Shown in pieces: positions 9,136 through 19,578 of a stretch of DNA of 64,000 nucleotides. Origin of the DNA: Prochlorococcaceae cyanobacterium. Lineage in GTDB: Bacteria > Cyanobacteriota > Cyanobacteriia > PCC-6307 > Cyanobiaceae. The stretch is from positions 17,040 through 81,039 of the forward strand of contig JBBASO010000003.1 of NCBI GenBank assembly GCA_040399265.1, given 5' to 3'. The position numbers and the translations under genes were made by a program. The notes beneath the pieces are model-generated. The model had not been told where the DNA came from. It saw only the letters and a program-made list of their open reading frames with translations, and did no database searches. How positions within the stretch are numbered: the stretch's first letter is position 1; the number at the start of each line of letters is the position of its first letter.

Positions 9136-9351
9136 TCAGGCAGGAGTGACTTCGTCGTCGAAGAACCAGGCGGTCTGGCCGCCTGTCAGTTCCAGCACCA
9201 CGCCGATGCCCTTGCCATCGACGGTGCGGAACCCTTTGACCGTGCCGGTGGCGTCGGCCTTCAGGGCTGTCACCAGATCGGCCGGAATGCGATCGCGCAC
9301 GCGGGTGACGCGCACTCTGGAGCCCACATTGATCGTGGCAGCCTGGGCCAT
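9136..9351 (-). CDS. DUF2862-like small protein (71 aa)
   Basis: Internal ATG of ORF 9136..9441 gives [50 protein letters not shown]. It resembles the cyanobacterial/plastid DUF2862 family as I remember it. Confidence 0.6.
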   Translation of the reverse strand: MAQAATINVGSRVRVTRVRDRIPADLVTALKADATGTVKGFRTVDGKGIGVVLELTGGQTAWFFDDEVTPA

Positions 9352-9421
9352 GGGGTCGGCGCGACTGAGAAAGTGGCGCAACCTTAACAGCGAAGCTGGC
9401 ACAACCACCCCGCCCCGAACC

Positions 9422-10228
9422 ATGGTCGCCAAACGGATCATCCCCTGCCTGGACGTGGCCGAAGGACGGGTCGTGAAGGGTGTGAATTTCGTCGGCTTGC
9501 GGGACGCCGGTGATCCGGTGGAGCTTGCCTGTCGTTACAGCAGTTCCGGCGCTGATGAGCTGGTCTTTCTGGACATCGCCGCCAGCCACCAGGGTCGCGG
9601 CACCCTCGTGGAGCTGGTGCGCCGCACCGCAGAAGCGGTGACGATCCCGTTCACGGTGGGCGGCGGCATCAGCGGCGTGGAGGGGATCACCGCGTTGCTG
9701 CGGGCCGGCGCCGACAAGGTGAGCCTCAACTCCGCTGCCGTGCGCGATCCTGAGCTGGTGAGCCGCGGGGCGGAGCGGTTCGGCTGCCAGTGCATTGTTG
9801 TCGCCATCGATGCCAGGCGCCGGGAGCGGCACACCAGCTCCGCGCAGGCCAGCGGCTGGGATGTGTTTGTGAAGGGGGGGCGCGAAAACACCGGCCTGGA
9901 TGCGGTGGACTGGGCTCGACGGGTGGTTGCCCTCGGTGCGGGCGAGATCCTGCTCACCTCAATGGATGGCGATGGCACCCAGGCCGGTTACGACCTTGAG
10001 CTCACCAGAGCCGTTGTCGATGCGGTGGAGGTGCCGGTGATCGCCTCCGGTGGAGCTGGCTGCCTCGATCACATCGCCGCGGCCCTGAACCCTGGGCCAG
10101 AAGGAGGCCATGCCGCCGCGGCCCTGCTGGCCTCGCTGCTGCACGACGGCCTGCTGTCGGTGGAACAGATCAAGACCGACCTGCTGGCAAGGGGGCTGCC
10201 GATCAGGCCGCTGAGCGGCGGCAACTGA
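9422..10228 (+). CDS. hisF: Imidazole glycerol phosphate synthase cyclase subunit HisF
   Basis: [41 protein letters not shown], the canonical HisF pattern. Internal ATG of ORF 9044..10228. Confidence 0.95.
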   Translation: MVAKRIIPCLDVAEGRVVKGVNFVGLRDAGDPVELACRYSSSGADELVFLDIAASHQGRGTLVELVRRTAEAVTIPFTVGGGISGVEGITALLRAGADKVSLNSAAVRDPELVSRGAERFGCQCIVVAIDARRRERHTSSAQASGWDVFVKGGRENTGLDAVDWARRVVALGAGEILLTSMDGDGTQAGYDLELTRAVVDAVEVPVIASGGAGCLDHIAAALNPGPEGGHAAAALLASLLHDGLLSVEQIKTDLLARGLPIRPLSGGN

Positions 10229-10367
10229 ATGGTCACGCCATGCTTAACGGCCCTTTACATTGTTCTCATTAGCTGGATGGTTCTGCCAGCCGAATGTTCT
10301 GCTCCCACCTCAGTCTTGAGCGCACAAAGCCGCAGTTGACAGCACTTGATCGACCCGTGACCGCCCC

Positions 10368-10664
10368 GTGACAGTCCCTCTCGACACCCTGGTCGCTCTG
10401 CTGCTGGTGTCTGCCGTGACGGCCTTGGTGGCCTGGGCCCTGCAACTGATGCAGGCGGCGACGGATCGCCAGGAGTTTTCGCTCATGCTCGCTGGCTGCA
10501 TGGTGTGCTCTGCAGCCGTCGGTCTGGCCACGGTGATGGTGATCACACTCACAGGGCCAGAGCATCTGGCTGAGGGTTCTGGTATGGCAAGCGATGCGGC
10601 AGCCTCTCTGGTTCTCGAAACCCTGCCTGAGTCGCTGGTGATGCCCTGGGATGGTCAGCTTTAA
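10368..10664 (+). CDS. Small membrane protein (2 predicted TM), hypothetical
   Basis: GTG start. Two hydrophobic helices. Overlaps the menG start by 14 nt. Coding-like GC3. Confidence 0.45.
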   Translation: MTVPLDTLVALLLVSAVTALVAWALQLMQAATDRQEFSLMLAGCMVCSAAVGLATVMVITLTGPEHLAEGSGMASDAAASLVLETLPESLVMPWDGQL

Positions 10665-11355
10665 ACCGGGAGATTCGGCCGCGGTTGAGCAGTTGTTCGA
10701 CCAGATAGCGCCCCGCTATGACCAGCTCAACGACCTGTTCAGCCTTGGGCTGCATCGTCTCTGGAAGCGCCAGGCGGCAGCCTGGGTGCAGCCTGCACCA
10801 GGCCAGCGACTGGTCGATCTCTGTTGCGGAACCGGCGATCTGGCTTTGCTTATGGCCAGGCGAGTTCGCCCCGGCGGCAGGGTGATCGGGCTTGATGCGG
10901 CGGCGGTGCCGCTGGCCTTGGCTGCTCAACGCGCTCGCTCGTCTCCCTGGCTGCCCATCGACTGGGTTCAGGCGGACGCCCTGGCAACCGGCCTGGCCAC
11001 TGGCTGGGCCGACGGGGCCGTGATGGCCTACGGCCTGCGCAATCTGTCTGATGTGGCGGCAGGCCTGCGCGAACTGCGGCGGCTGCTGCGAACCGGTGGA
11101 CGGGCGGCCGTGCTCGACTTCAACCGCCCTGGCGGCGCAACAGCCGATCTGCAACGACGGTTGCTGCGCCAGCTGGTGGTGCCGGTTGCGGGGACAATCG
11201 GGCTGACTGAGCATTACGCCTACCTGGAAGAGAGCCTGCAGAGTTTCCCCACCGGCCCCGAACAGGAGCAGCTGGCTCGAGCAGCTGGATTCAGCCACAC
11301 GCGCCACCGGCCTCTGGCGGCGGGCCTGATGGGACTGCTGGAGCTTGTGGCCTGA
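10651..11355 (+). CDS. menG: UbiE/MenG-type demethylphylloquinone/menaquinone methyltransferase
   Basis: VEQLFDQIAPRYDQLND..LHRLWKR..DLCCGTGDLA..AYGLRN..L.E..RVL.PGG pattern. Confidence 0.85.
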   Translation: MVSFKPGDSAAVEQLFDQIAPRYDQLNDLFSLGLHRLWKRQAAAWVQPAPGQRLVDLCCGTGDLALLMARRVRPGGRVIGLDAAAVPLALAAQRARSSPWLPIDWVQADALATGLATGWADGAVMAYGLRNLSDVAAGLRELRRLLRTGGRAAVLDFNRPGGATADLQRRLLRQLVVPVAGTIGLTEHYAYLEESLQSFPTGPEQEQLARAAGFSHTRHRPLAAGLMGLLELVA

Positions 11356-11664
11356 ACACGCCGGCCTGGATCATCAGCCTCACAGCCCACGATCATGACG
11401 CCTGCAACACCGAAACGCCTTTCTGCAGCCTGAACCAGTGGCTCCAGCACCGAACAACCCAGAGCAAGAACGATCAGATTCCGGAGGATTAGATCAGCCA
11501 CAAGCAGACCAGGCACAAAGCACCAACGAAGCCGTGATCCATCCTTTTTCCAAGCAGGCGGCAAGGGGTCACACCAACCAACGCTTCAACCCATTCGTAC
11601 CCGCTTGCCCATCCCCGAGCTAGCTTCAAACCACCAAGCCACCGCGCAATCAGGACAACGCTGA

Positions 11665-12357
11665 ATGAATTCCACGGCAAAGCACGCAAGCCAATCCAAA
11701 CTTCTACGCCTGTTGGGCAGAGTACTGATTGCAGCGTTTTGCATCAGCATCCTTGCCTTCGCCCTGCCGTTTCAGCTCAGATCTCCAAATTGGGGTGTCA
11801 TTTTATCCAATCGGATTGTCGACGAGTTCCCCCTGGTGCTAGCAGGCATCGGTCTCCTGAGAGTGAGCGCGCTCAACGATGCTCAAGAAGCAAATGATTC
11901 GGACGAAACAGATGACACAGACGCCTTGGAGAGGGATCAAGGTAGTCGCTGGATTTCCAAGCTCGGCTTGATCAGCGTAGGACTCATTGCAATCTGGCAG
12001 GTTGGATTATTTTTTGGCATCTTGAGAGACATTGATCAACAGTCAGCGTCAGCACTCGCCCAGATTAACCAGCGCAAAAATCAGCTCTCAGAGCTTTTGC
12101 AACGAGCTCCTGATTCAGTCGTCCAACGATTGCTTCAAGAGTCTCGACAAGCGCTAGGCAACCAACCCACCAAACCCAATGCATCACCCCTGCAGGAACT
12201 GAGAGACAACATACAGACGCAAGAGCGAATAAGCATCAAAAAAACATACGAAAGCGCCAGCCAGACCAAGTTCCGGCTCACGAAAGATACAGCTCGAATC
12301 CTTTTGCTTTGTCTGGTTTACGGGATTGCCCTCTACGGCATGGCAACCGTTTTTTAA
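11665..12357 (+). CDS. Membrane-anchored coiled-coil protein (possibly HpsJ-like), inside a low-GC islet
   Basis: 230 aa. N-terminal TM helices, acidic linker (DSDETDDTD), Q-rich helical region and a C-terminal TM helix. Clearly lower GC than the flanks. The HpsJ label is from memory only. Confidence 0.7.
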   Translation: MNSTAKHASQSKLLRLLGRVLIAAFCISILAFALPFQLRSPNWGVILSNRIVDEFPLVLAGIGLLRVSALNDAQEANDSDETDDTDALERDQGSRWISKLGLISVGLIAIWQVGLFFGILRDIDQQSASALAQINQRKNQLSELLQRAPDSVVQRLLQESRQALGNQPTKPNASPLQELRDNIQTQERISIKKTYESASQTKFRLTKDTARILLLCLVYGIALYGMATVF

Positions 12358-12368
12358 TCATCCAACCA

Positions 12369-12394
12369 ACGTCTTCGGGCGACGTCTTCGGGCG
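12369..12394. repeat. Perfect 13-nt tandem duplication (ACGTCTTCGGGCG x2)
   Basis: Read directly, 12 nt after the stop of the 11665-12357 gene. Confidence 0.95.
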
Positions 12395-12415
12395 TTTCCG
12401 CAATCACCCTCACGA

Positions 12416-12613
12416 TCAACTGAAGCCGATTTCGGGCAGCCGATTGCAGCCATTCCAGCCCACTGCATACCGTTGCTGAAAGGTTTCATTCATCAGCGAG
12501 ACCGCAGCAGGATCCTGCAAGGGGATCACGATCTCAATCACCGACCAACGTGCCTGCCGCGCCGTCTGAAAACCGCGATGCAGCTGCCTGCATCGGATCA
12601 GGCACTGGTCCAT
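12416..12613 (-). CDS. Orphan 65-aa ORF, possibly a gene fragment
   Basis: MDQCLIRCRQ..RWSVIEIVIPLQDPAAVSLMNETFQQRYAVGW. Lower GC than the core. Faintly like the core strand-helix of Uma2/DUF820-type nucleases, but I cannot support that. Confidence 0.25.
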   Translation of the reverse strand: MDQCLIRCRQLHRGFQTARQARWSVIEIVIPLQDPAAVSLMNETFQQRYAVGWNGCNRLPEIGFS

Positions 12614-12698
12614 CTCAGGTCTTCACCCAAGGTCTCAGGGCGATGCCAATGCCTGCGACCGCTGCTAACACTACGGATGATCCGCAGTGCGTTGCCCC

Positions 12699-13601
12699 AT
12701 GCCCCTGCGCACCTCTCTGTTCCTGCTCACCAACCTGGCGGTGGTGGCCACCATCGCCGTGCTGCTCGGCCTGGCCACCGCCATCGGCCTGCTGCCGCCC
12801 GATCTGCCCTTCACGCCCCTGCTGATCGGCAGCTTCTTCTGGGGGGCCGTGGGCTCCTGGATCTCGCTGCAGATGTCACGGGAATCGGCGATCAACGGCA
12901 TGGGCGTGCAGCTGGTGGATGAAAACAGCGGCCCGGAAGCACGCTGGCTGGTGCAGACCGTGGCCGCCCTGGCCGAAAAGGCGGGCCTGCCTATGCCCGA
13001 CGTGGGCATCTATGCAGCCCCCGAGTTCAACGCCTTCGCCACCGGCCCCTCCCCGGACCGCGCCCTGGTGGCGGTGTCCACCGGCATCCTGCGAGGCATG
13101 CCCCCCGCCGAACTGGAGGCTGTGCTCGGCCACGAACTCAGCCACGTGGGCAACGGCGACATGGTGACCATGAGCCTGCTGCAGGGGGTAGTGAACGCCT
13201 TTGTGCTGTTCTTCGTGCGGCTGCTGTGGATGGCCATGCCCCGCAGCACCGACGAGCAGGGCCGCGTCCGCGCTCCCTCGCTGGTGCTGGTGCAGCCGCT
13301 GGAGGTGTTGCTCGGCCTCGGCGGCTCCCTGATCACCGCCTGGTTCTCCCGCCACCGCGAGTTCCGGGCCGATGCCGGTGCCGCCACCCTCGTGGGCCCC
13401 GACGCCATGGTGGGAGCCCTGGAGCATCTGGGTGGTGCCATTCAGCTGACCGACCACCGCGATGGTCCCGCCTTCGACAACCTCAAAATCAGCGCCCCAC
13501 CCCAGCTGCTCGGCCTGCTGGCCAGCCACCCTCCCCTGGAAGACCGCATCCGGGCCCTGCGGGAAGCCCAGCTGAAGGGGCTTCAGACGGCATCTCCGTA
13601 G
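12699..13601 (+). CDS. htpX: Zinc metalloprotease HtpX
   Basis: HELSH zinc motif, N-terminal TM helices and FATGPS..ALVAVSTGIL pattern. ATG at 12699 preferred over GTG at 12687. Confidence 0.9.
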   Translation: MPLRTSLFLLTNLAVVATIAVLLGLATAIGLLPPDLPFTPLLIGSFFWGAVGSWISLQMSRESAINGMGVQLVDENSGPEARWLVQTVAALAEKAGLPMPDVGIYAAPEFNAFATGPSPDRALVAVSTGILRGMPPAELEAVLGHELSHVGNGDMVTMSLLQGVVNAFVLFFVRLLWMAMPRSTDEQGRVRAPSLVLVQPLEVLLGLGGSLITAWFSRHREFRADAGAATLVGPDAMVGALEHLGGAIQLTDHRDGPAFDNLKISAPPQLLGLLASHPPLEDRIRALREAQLKGLQTASP

Positions 13602-14698
13602 AGGCTGCGCAGGCCCTCCTCGCTGGCGGCCGCCACACCCCTCTCGGTGATCAGAGCGGTCACCAGCCGAGCGGGCGTCACATCGAAGGCCGGGTTGAAG
13701 CCGCCACTGCCATCCGGCGTGAGCTGCACCGCCGTGATCGCGCCATCGGCATCGCGGCCCTGGATCTGGGTCACCTCGGCGGCACTGCGGGCCTCGATCG
13801 GGATCTCAGCCACCCCATCGCTCACCGTCCAGTCGATCGTGGAGGCGGGCAGGGCCACGAAGAAGGGCACGCCATTGTCGCGGGCGGCCAGGGCCTTGAG
13901 ATAGGTGCCGATCTTGTTGCACACATCGCCGCTGCGAGTGGTGCGGTCGGTGCCCACGATCACCGCGTCCACCTGGCCGTGCTGCATCAGATGGCCACCG
14001 GCGTTGTCGACGATCACCGTGTGGGGCACCCCCTCCCGGCCCAGTTCCCAGGCGGTGAGGCTGGCGCCCTGGTTGCGCGGCCGCGTCTCGTCCACCCACA
14101 CGTGCACCTTCAGCCCAGCCCGATGCGCCTTGTAGATCGGCGCCAGGGCCGTACCCCAGTCCACCGTGGCGACCCAGCCGGCATTGCAGTGGGTGAGCAC
14201 GTTCAGCGGCTGGCCCTGGCGCTCGGGAGACCGCGCCGCCGCCAGCCGCTGCAGCAGGCCCAGGCCGTGCTCACCGATCGCCTCGCACATGGCCACGTCC
14301 TCCTCGGCGATCAGCGCCGCCTCCGCCTGGGCCGCCGCGGCCCGCTGCTCCGGCGGCAGCGGCTGCACCTTTGCCCGCACCCGCTCCAGGGCCCAACGCA
14401 GGTTGATCGCCGTGGGCCGGGTGGCGTTGAGCTGCTCGAAGGCCGCCGCCAGGGCCGCGTCGCTGGGGTCGGACTGCAAGGCCAGCATCAGCCCATAGGC
14501 GCCGGTAACACCGATCAGCGGTGCGCCCCGCACCACCATGGAGCGGATCGCCTCGGCGGCCTCGTCGCAGCTCACCAAAGTCCGGGTGATGAAGTGATGC
14601 GGCAGGAGTGTCTGGTCGATCACACCCACCGTGTGCCTCCCCGGGGTCCCGTCCGGCTCCAGCCAGATCGTTCGCCAGGGCTTGCCGTCGATGTTCAT
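13583..14698 (-). CDS. mtnA: S-methyl-5-thioribose-1-phosphate isomerase MtnA
   Basis: IDQTLLPH..VRGAPLIGVTGAYG..TRPTAINL..HCNAG..VWVDETRP.NQGA..VGTDR pattern. Confidence 0.9.
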   Translation of the reverse strand: MNIDGKPWRTIWLEPDGTPGRHTVGVIDQTLLPHHFITRTLVSCDEAAEAIRSMVVRGAPLIGVTGAYGLMLALQSDPSDAALAAAFEQLNATRPTAINLRWALERVRAKVQPLPPEQRAAAAQAEAALIAEEDVAMCEAIGEHGLGLLQRLAAARSPERQGQPLNVLTHCNAGWVATVDWGTALAPIYKAHRAGLKVHVWVDETRPRNQGASLTAWELGREGVPHTVIVDNAGGHLMQHGQVDAVIVGTDRTTRSGDVCNKIGTYLKALAARDNGVPFFVALPASTIDWTVSDGVAEIPIEARSAAEVTQIQGRDADGAITAVQLTPDGSGGFNPAFDVTPARLVTALITERGVAAASEEGLRSLYGDAV

Positions 14699-14818
14699 GG
14701 CTGGAAAGTGTTCATGGCTGGGAAGCGGGCGCCGGTACCGCCCTGATCATCCCTGGCGGAGCGCAGCGCAGCAGCAGGCCATTCAGGCCCAGGTGGGCCG
14801 CAAACCGCTGCCGGCCGC

Positions 14819-15370
14819 TCATGCCGCACCCCGGTCGATGCGCCTGTAGCCGAACCAATCCGGCACCTGGCTCTGGATCAGCCCCTCGGGATGGGGCTCC
14901 AGCCGCACATGCCAGCGCTCGCCGCCCAGCAGCTCCAGCTGCTCGATCGCCAGGCAGTCGTCCACGGCGGCCAGGTCATCCTTGTGGGGCTGCAGGGCAC
15001 CGCGCAGCCACTGGCGCTTGGCCGCCGCCTTGGCCGCCTGGGATGAGCGGGCCACCACCAGGCCGAAGTGGTGCAGCTCAGCGAGGGAATCGGGGCGGTA
15101 GGCGCCCAGGTTCACGAACCACAGCCGCTCGCCCCGGGGCGCGGCAGGCTCGCGCCCCAGGCTCACCGCCCAGCCATCGATCGCCCGCACCGCCATGAAG
15201 GCATCCAGGTGCAGGCCCTCGCGCGACCCGAACCACTGGCGCCGCAGCTCCGGGATGGCCTCATCGATCGTGGCGCCGGCCACGAAGCGCACGTCGTGCA
15301 GCTCGATGTGGCACCCGGGCGCCCGGCCGCCGAGCACCACCAGAAACAGCAACGGGGAAGCAGTGGTCAC
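14819..15370 (-). CDS. DUF1543 domain protein
   Basis: LFLVVLGGRAPGCHIELHDVRFVAG..LRRQWFG is the signature I associate with DUF1543. Confidence 0.6.
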   Translation of the reverse strand: MTTASPLLFLVVLGGRAPGCHIELHDVRFVAGATIDEAIPELRRQWFGSREGLHLDAFMAVRAIDGWAVSLGREPAAPRGERLWFVNLGAYRPDSLAELHHFGLVVARSSQAAKAAAKRQWLRGALQPHKDDLAAVDDCLAIEQLELLGGERWHVRLEPHPEGLIQSQVPDWFGYRRIDRGAA

Positions 15371-15435
15371 CGGCGGACGGGCATGCCAGGCATCACGGCA
15401 TGGTCCAGCAGGATGGGGTGGTCGGCTCCAAGGTG

Positions 15436-16140
15436 ATGGATTTCTTCGATCGGCAGTGGAGTTCCTACCGGGCGATCGTGGAGCACGACCTGATGGAGCA
15501 TCGGGCCGTTGCCGCCGCCACCGCCGCCGCCCTCGAGCGCTGGCTGGCAGCCCGCAGCGGCGCTGCCCCTGCCCCGGTCATGGTGGATCTGGGCTGCGGC
15601 GATCTGGCCCTGCTGGCTCCGCTGCTGCGGCGCCTGCCGCTGGGCTCCTACACCGGCCTCGACCTGGCACCAATGGTGCTGCCCCTGGCCCAGGCGGCGC
15701 TGGGTGAGGCGCCCTACCCAACCCATTGGCAGGAGGGCGATCTGCTGACCTGGGCCCAGGAGTCGGCGGCGGAGAGCACCGACATCCTCCATTCGGCCTT
15801 TGCCATTCACCACCTCGACGACGCCGGCAAGGCCCGCTTTCTGCGGGAGGCCCGGCGGCGCATCAGCCCCGATGGCCTGTTCCTCTGGGTGGATGTGTTC
15901 CGCGAGCCCGGGGAGAGCCGTCCGGCCTACATCGCGCGTTACGTCAACCGAATCCGAGCAGGCTGGCAGCCGCTCACGCCTGAGCAGCAGGAGCACGTGA
16001 TCAGCCACCTCAGCAGCTTCGACATCCCCGCCGACCGCGACGCGATCGCTGCCACCGCCCAGGCCTGCGGCTGGAGCTGGCGCTGGGCCTGGCAGGGCAG
16101 CCACAACGCCGAGGCGATGGCAGTGCTCACGCCCGCCTGA
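15436..16140 (+). CDS. Class I SAM-dependent methyltransferase
   Basis: VDLGCGDLALL motif I and LDLAP motif II. ATG at 15436 preferred over 15400. Confidence 0.7.
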   Translation: MDFFDRQWSSYRAIVEHDLMEHRAVAAATAAALERWLAARSGAAPAPVMVDLGCGDLALLAPLLRRLPLGSYTGLDLAPMVLPLAQAALGEAPYPTHWQEGDLLTWAQESAAESTDILHSAFAIHHLDDAGKARFLREARRRISPDGLFLWVDVFREPGESRPAYIARYVNRIRAGWQPLTPEQQEHVISHLSSFDIPADRDAIAATAQACGWSWRWAWQGSHNAEAMAVLTPA

Positions 16141-16149
16141 CGAGCGTGC

Positions 16150-17499
16150 TCAGCTGTGCTCGCGCAGGAACTGGATCGTGCCCTCCAACTCGCCTGCGAA
16201 GCGATCGATCTCCGCGGGGGTGGTGGTGAAGCTGAGGCTGGCGCGGGCCGAGCCCGGAATCCCGTAAAGCCGGTGCAGGGGCTGGGTGCAGTGGTGGCCG
16301 CTGCGGATGCAGATACCGGCTGAATCGAGCAGAGCGGCGATGTCATTGGCGTGCAGGCCGTCCACCGTGAAGGCGGCCAGGGCGCCGCGATCGGGCTGCT
16401 GCTCTGGCGTGGGGCCGAGAATCCGCACGCCATCGATCGCCCGCAGCCGATCGAAGAGCTGGCGGGTGAGCACCTGCTCCCAGGCGTGGATGCGATCGAG
16501 TCCCAGGTGGGTGAGGTAGTCGAGGGCGGCGCCCATGCCGATCGCCTCACCGATGGCCGGCGTGCCCGCCTCGAACTTGTGGGGCAGCTCGGCCCAGCTG
16601 CTGTGGTCGAGATACACGTCCTGGATCATCTCGCCACCACCCAGGAAGGGCGGCATCGCCTCCAGCAGGGCCTCCCGGGCCCAGAGGAAGCCCATGCCGG
16701 TGGGGCCGCAGAGCTTGTGGGAGCTGCCCACCAGGAAATCGCAGCCCAGCTGGGCCACATTCACAGGCAGGTGGGGCAGGCTCTGGCAGGCGTCCACGAG
16801 CACTAGGGCACCGGCGGCATGGGCCAGGGGCACCACCTGCTCGATCGGGTTAAGGCAGCCAAGGGTATTGCTCACATGCACCAGGCTCACCAGCCGGGTG
16901 CGCGCGTTGAGCTGGGCACGCAGATCATCGAGATCCAGCTCACCGGTTTCTGTGAGGCCCGCGTGGCGCAGCACGCAGCCGGTGCGCTGGGCCAAGAGCT
17001 GCCAGGGCACGAGGTTGGAATGGTGCTCCATCACAGTGAGCAGCACCTCGTCGCCCGCGCCCAGGTTTGCCTCGCCCCAGCTGCGGGCCACGAGGTTGAT
17101 CGCCTCGCTGGCATTGCGGGTGAACACGATCTCCCGCGGGCTGTCCGCCCCCACAAAGGCCGCCGCCTTGGCGCGGGCCGCCTCGAAGCCCTCGGTGGCA
17201 CGGGCGCTCAGCTGGTGGGCGCCGCGATGCACGTTGGCGTTGTCGTGGTCGTAGTAGTGCTGCAGGGCCGCCAGCACCTGGCGGGGCTTCTGACTGGTGG
17301 CAGCGTGATCGAGGTAGATGAGGGGCTGGCCCAGGCAGGCCGTCTGGGCCAGCAGGGGAAAGTCGGAGCGGGTGAGAGCGGCCAGGTTTTCAGCCCCAGC
17401 CTGCTGCTGAACCAGCGGCGACGCCGCGACGCCCCCCTCACCAGCCTGAGGCTGGGCTGCCGCAGCCGGGTTGGGATCAAGGGCGGGCGTTGCAGTCAC
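16150..17499 (-). CDS. sufS: Cysteine desulfurase SufS
   Basis: HHSN, SSHKLCGPTGMG (PLP lysine) and RSGHHCTQP (catalytic Cys loop). Last gene of sufBCDS. Confidence 0.95.
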   Translation of the reverse strand: MTATPALDPNPAAAAQPQAGEGGVAASPLVQQQAGAENLAALTRSDFPLLAQTACLGQPLIYLDHAATSQKPRQVLAALQHYYDHDNANVHRGAHQLSARATEGFEAARAKAAAFVGADSPREIVFTRNASEAINLVARSWGEANLGAGDEVLLTVMEHHSNLVPWQLLAQRTGCVLRHAGLTETGELDLDDLRAQLNARTRLVSLVHVSNTLGCLNPIEQVVPLAHAAGALVLVDACQSLPHLPVNVAQLGCDFLVGSSHKLCGPTGMGFLWAREALLEAMPPFLGGGEMIQDVYLDHSSWAELPHKFEAGTPAIGEAIGMGAALDYLTHLGLDRIHAWEQVLTRQLFDRLRAIDGVRILGPTPEQQPDRGALAAFTVDGLHANDIAALLDSAGICIRSGHHCTQPLHRLYGIPGSARASLSFTTTPAEIDRFAGELEGTIQFLREHS

Positions 17500-17504
17500 A
17501 GCGA

Positions 17505-18664
17505 TCAGGCCTCCCCGAGCAGAGCGCGAAAGGGTTGCTGAGCCGCTGCGCCAGCCGGCAGCTGGCGCAGCACCTCCTCACAGAAGGCCCGCTGCAGCAG
17601 CTGGGCCGCCTGAGCGCCGGCGATGCCACGGCTCTGCAGATAGAAGATCTCTTCGGTCTGCAGGCGGCTCACGGTCGCGCCGTGGGCGCAACGCACATCA
17701 TCAGCGACGATCTCCAGCTCCGGTTTGGTGTCGATCCGGGCACGATCGGAGAGCAGAAGACTGCGGCTGAGCTGGGCAGCCTGAGTGCGCTGGGCGGAGC
17801 GGGGCACGCTTACGGCGCCGTTGAAGACACTGCGGGCCTGGTCATCCGCCACAGCCTTATGCAGCTGGTCGAGTTCACCCTCAGGGCCGTCGAAGCGCAC
17901 CCAGCTGTGAGTGTCGGCCAGCTGGCGCTCGCGGCACACCTGCAGAGCGCGCAGGCGCGTACAGGCCGCGCCTTGGCGCTGCAGGATGCGCGGCTCCTGG
18001 CGGGCCAGGGCCCAACCACCGCTCACCGCCACATTCTCGATCCGGCTACCGGGCGCCTGAAGCACAGCGGTGTGCTGCAGCAGGCAACTGCCGGAAGCAC
18101 CAATAGCCAGACAACCCAGCTTCAGCTCGGCACCGGTCTCCAGAATCACCTCACTCACCAGGCTGATGGCATTGACGCCCCTGGAGCTGGGCAGCAGCAG
18201 CAATTCCAGACTTGCCCCGGCCTCCACCACAAGCAGCAGGCGGAAACTGGCCAAGCCAGGCTGGCTGCCAGCGTCCAGGGGAAGCTCCAGGTGACCGGCT
18301 GCGCCGCTCACGCGCAGGGCCAGCAAGGGGCTGGCCTGACCAGCACTGGCGCCGGCATTGAGCAGCACAGGCCAGTGGTCGAGACTGTTTGTGGCGGCCA
18401 GGGCCTGACCCAGCCAAGGGGCGGCAGCCGCAGAACTGAGGCGCTCCACACCAACAGGCAGCGCCTTGGCCGCCAGGGGGTCAAGGATGCTGATCAGCTG
18501 AGGCTCGATGGCCGTGAGGGCAGCCAGATCAGTGAAGCGCCAGTCTTCTTGGCGGCGGCTTGGCAAGGGGGCCCCGGCAAGGGAAGCCAGCCAGGCGGCG
18601 GTGGGAGAAGCCGAAGCTCCCCCTGCAGCGTCGGCGCGGGGAGTGGCAGTGACAACGGCCACCA

Positions 18665-18665
<1 letters not shown>
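17505..18665 (-). CDS. sufD: Fe-S cluster assembly protein SufD
   Basis: Lies between sufC and sufS. C-terminal SufBD beta-helix pattern (RALLLSD.A..D..P.LEI..DDV.C.HGAT). ATG shares 1 nt with the sufC stop codon. Confidence 0.9.
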
Positions 18666-19489
<824 letters not shown>

Positions 19490-19578
19490 GGAGAAGAAGA
19501 AGGGGAAGGAGGTAGCGAAGATGAACGGTGAAGGATACAAAAGAATCCATGGGGCAAGAGGCCGCAAGCCTGCGGTCT

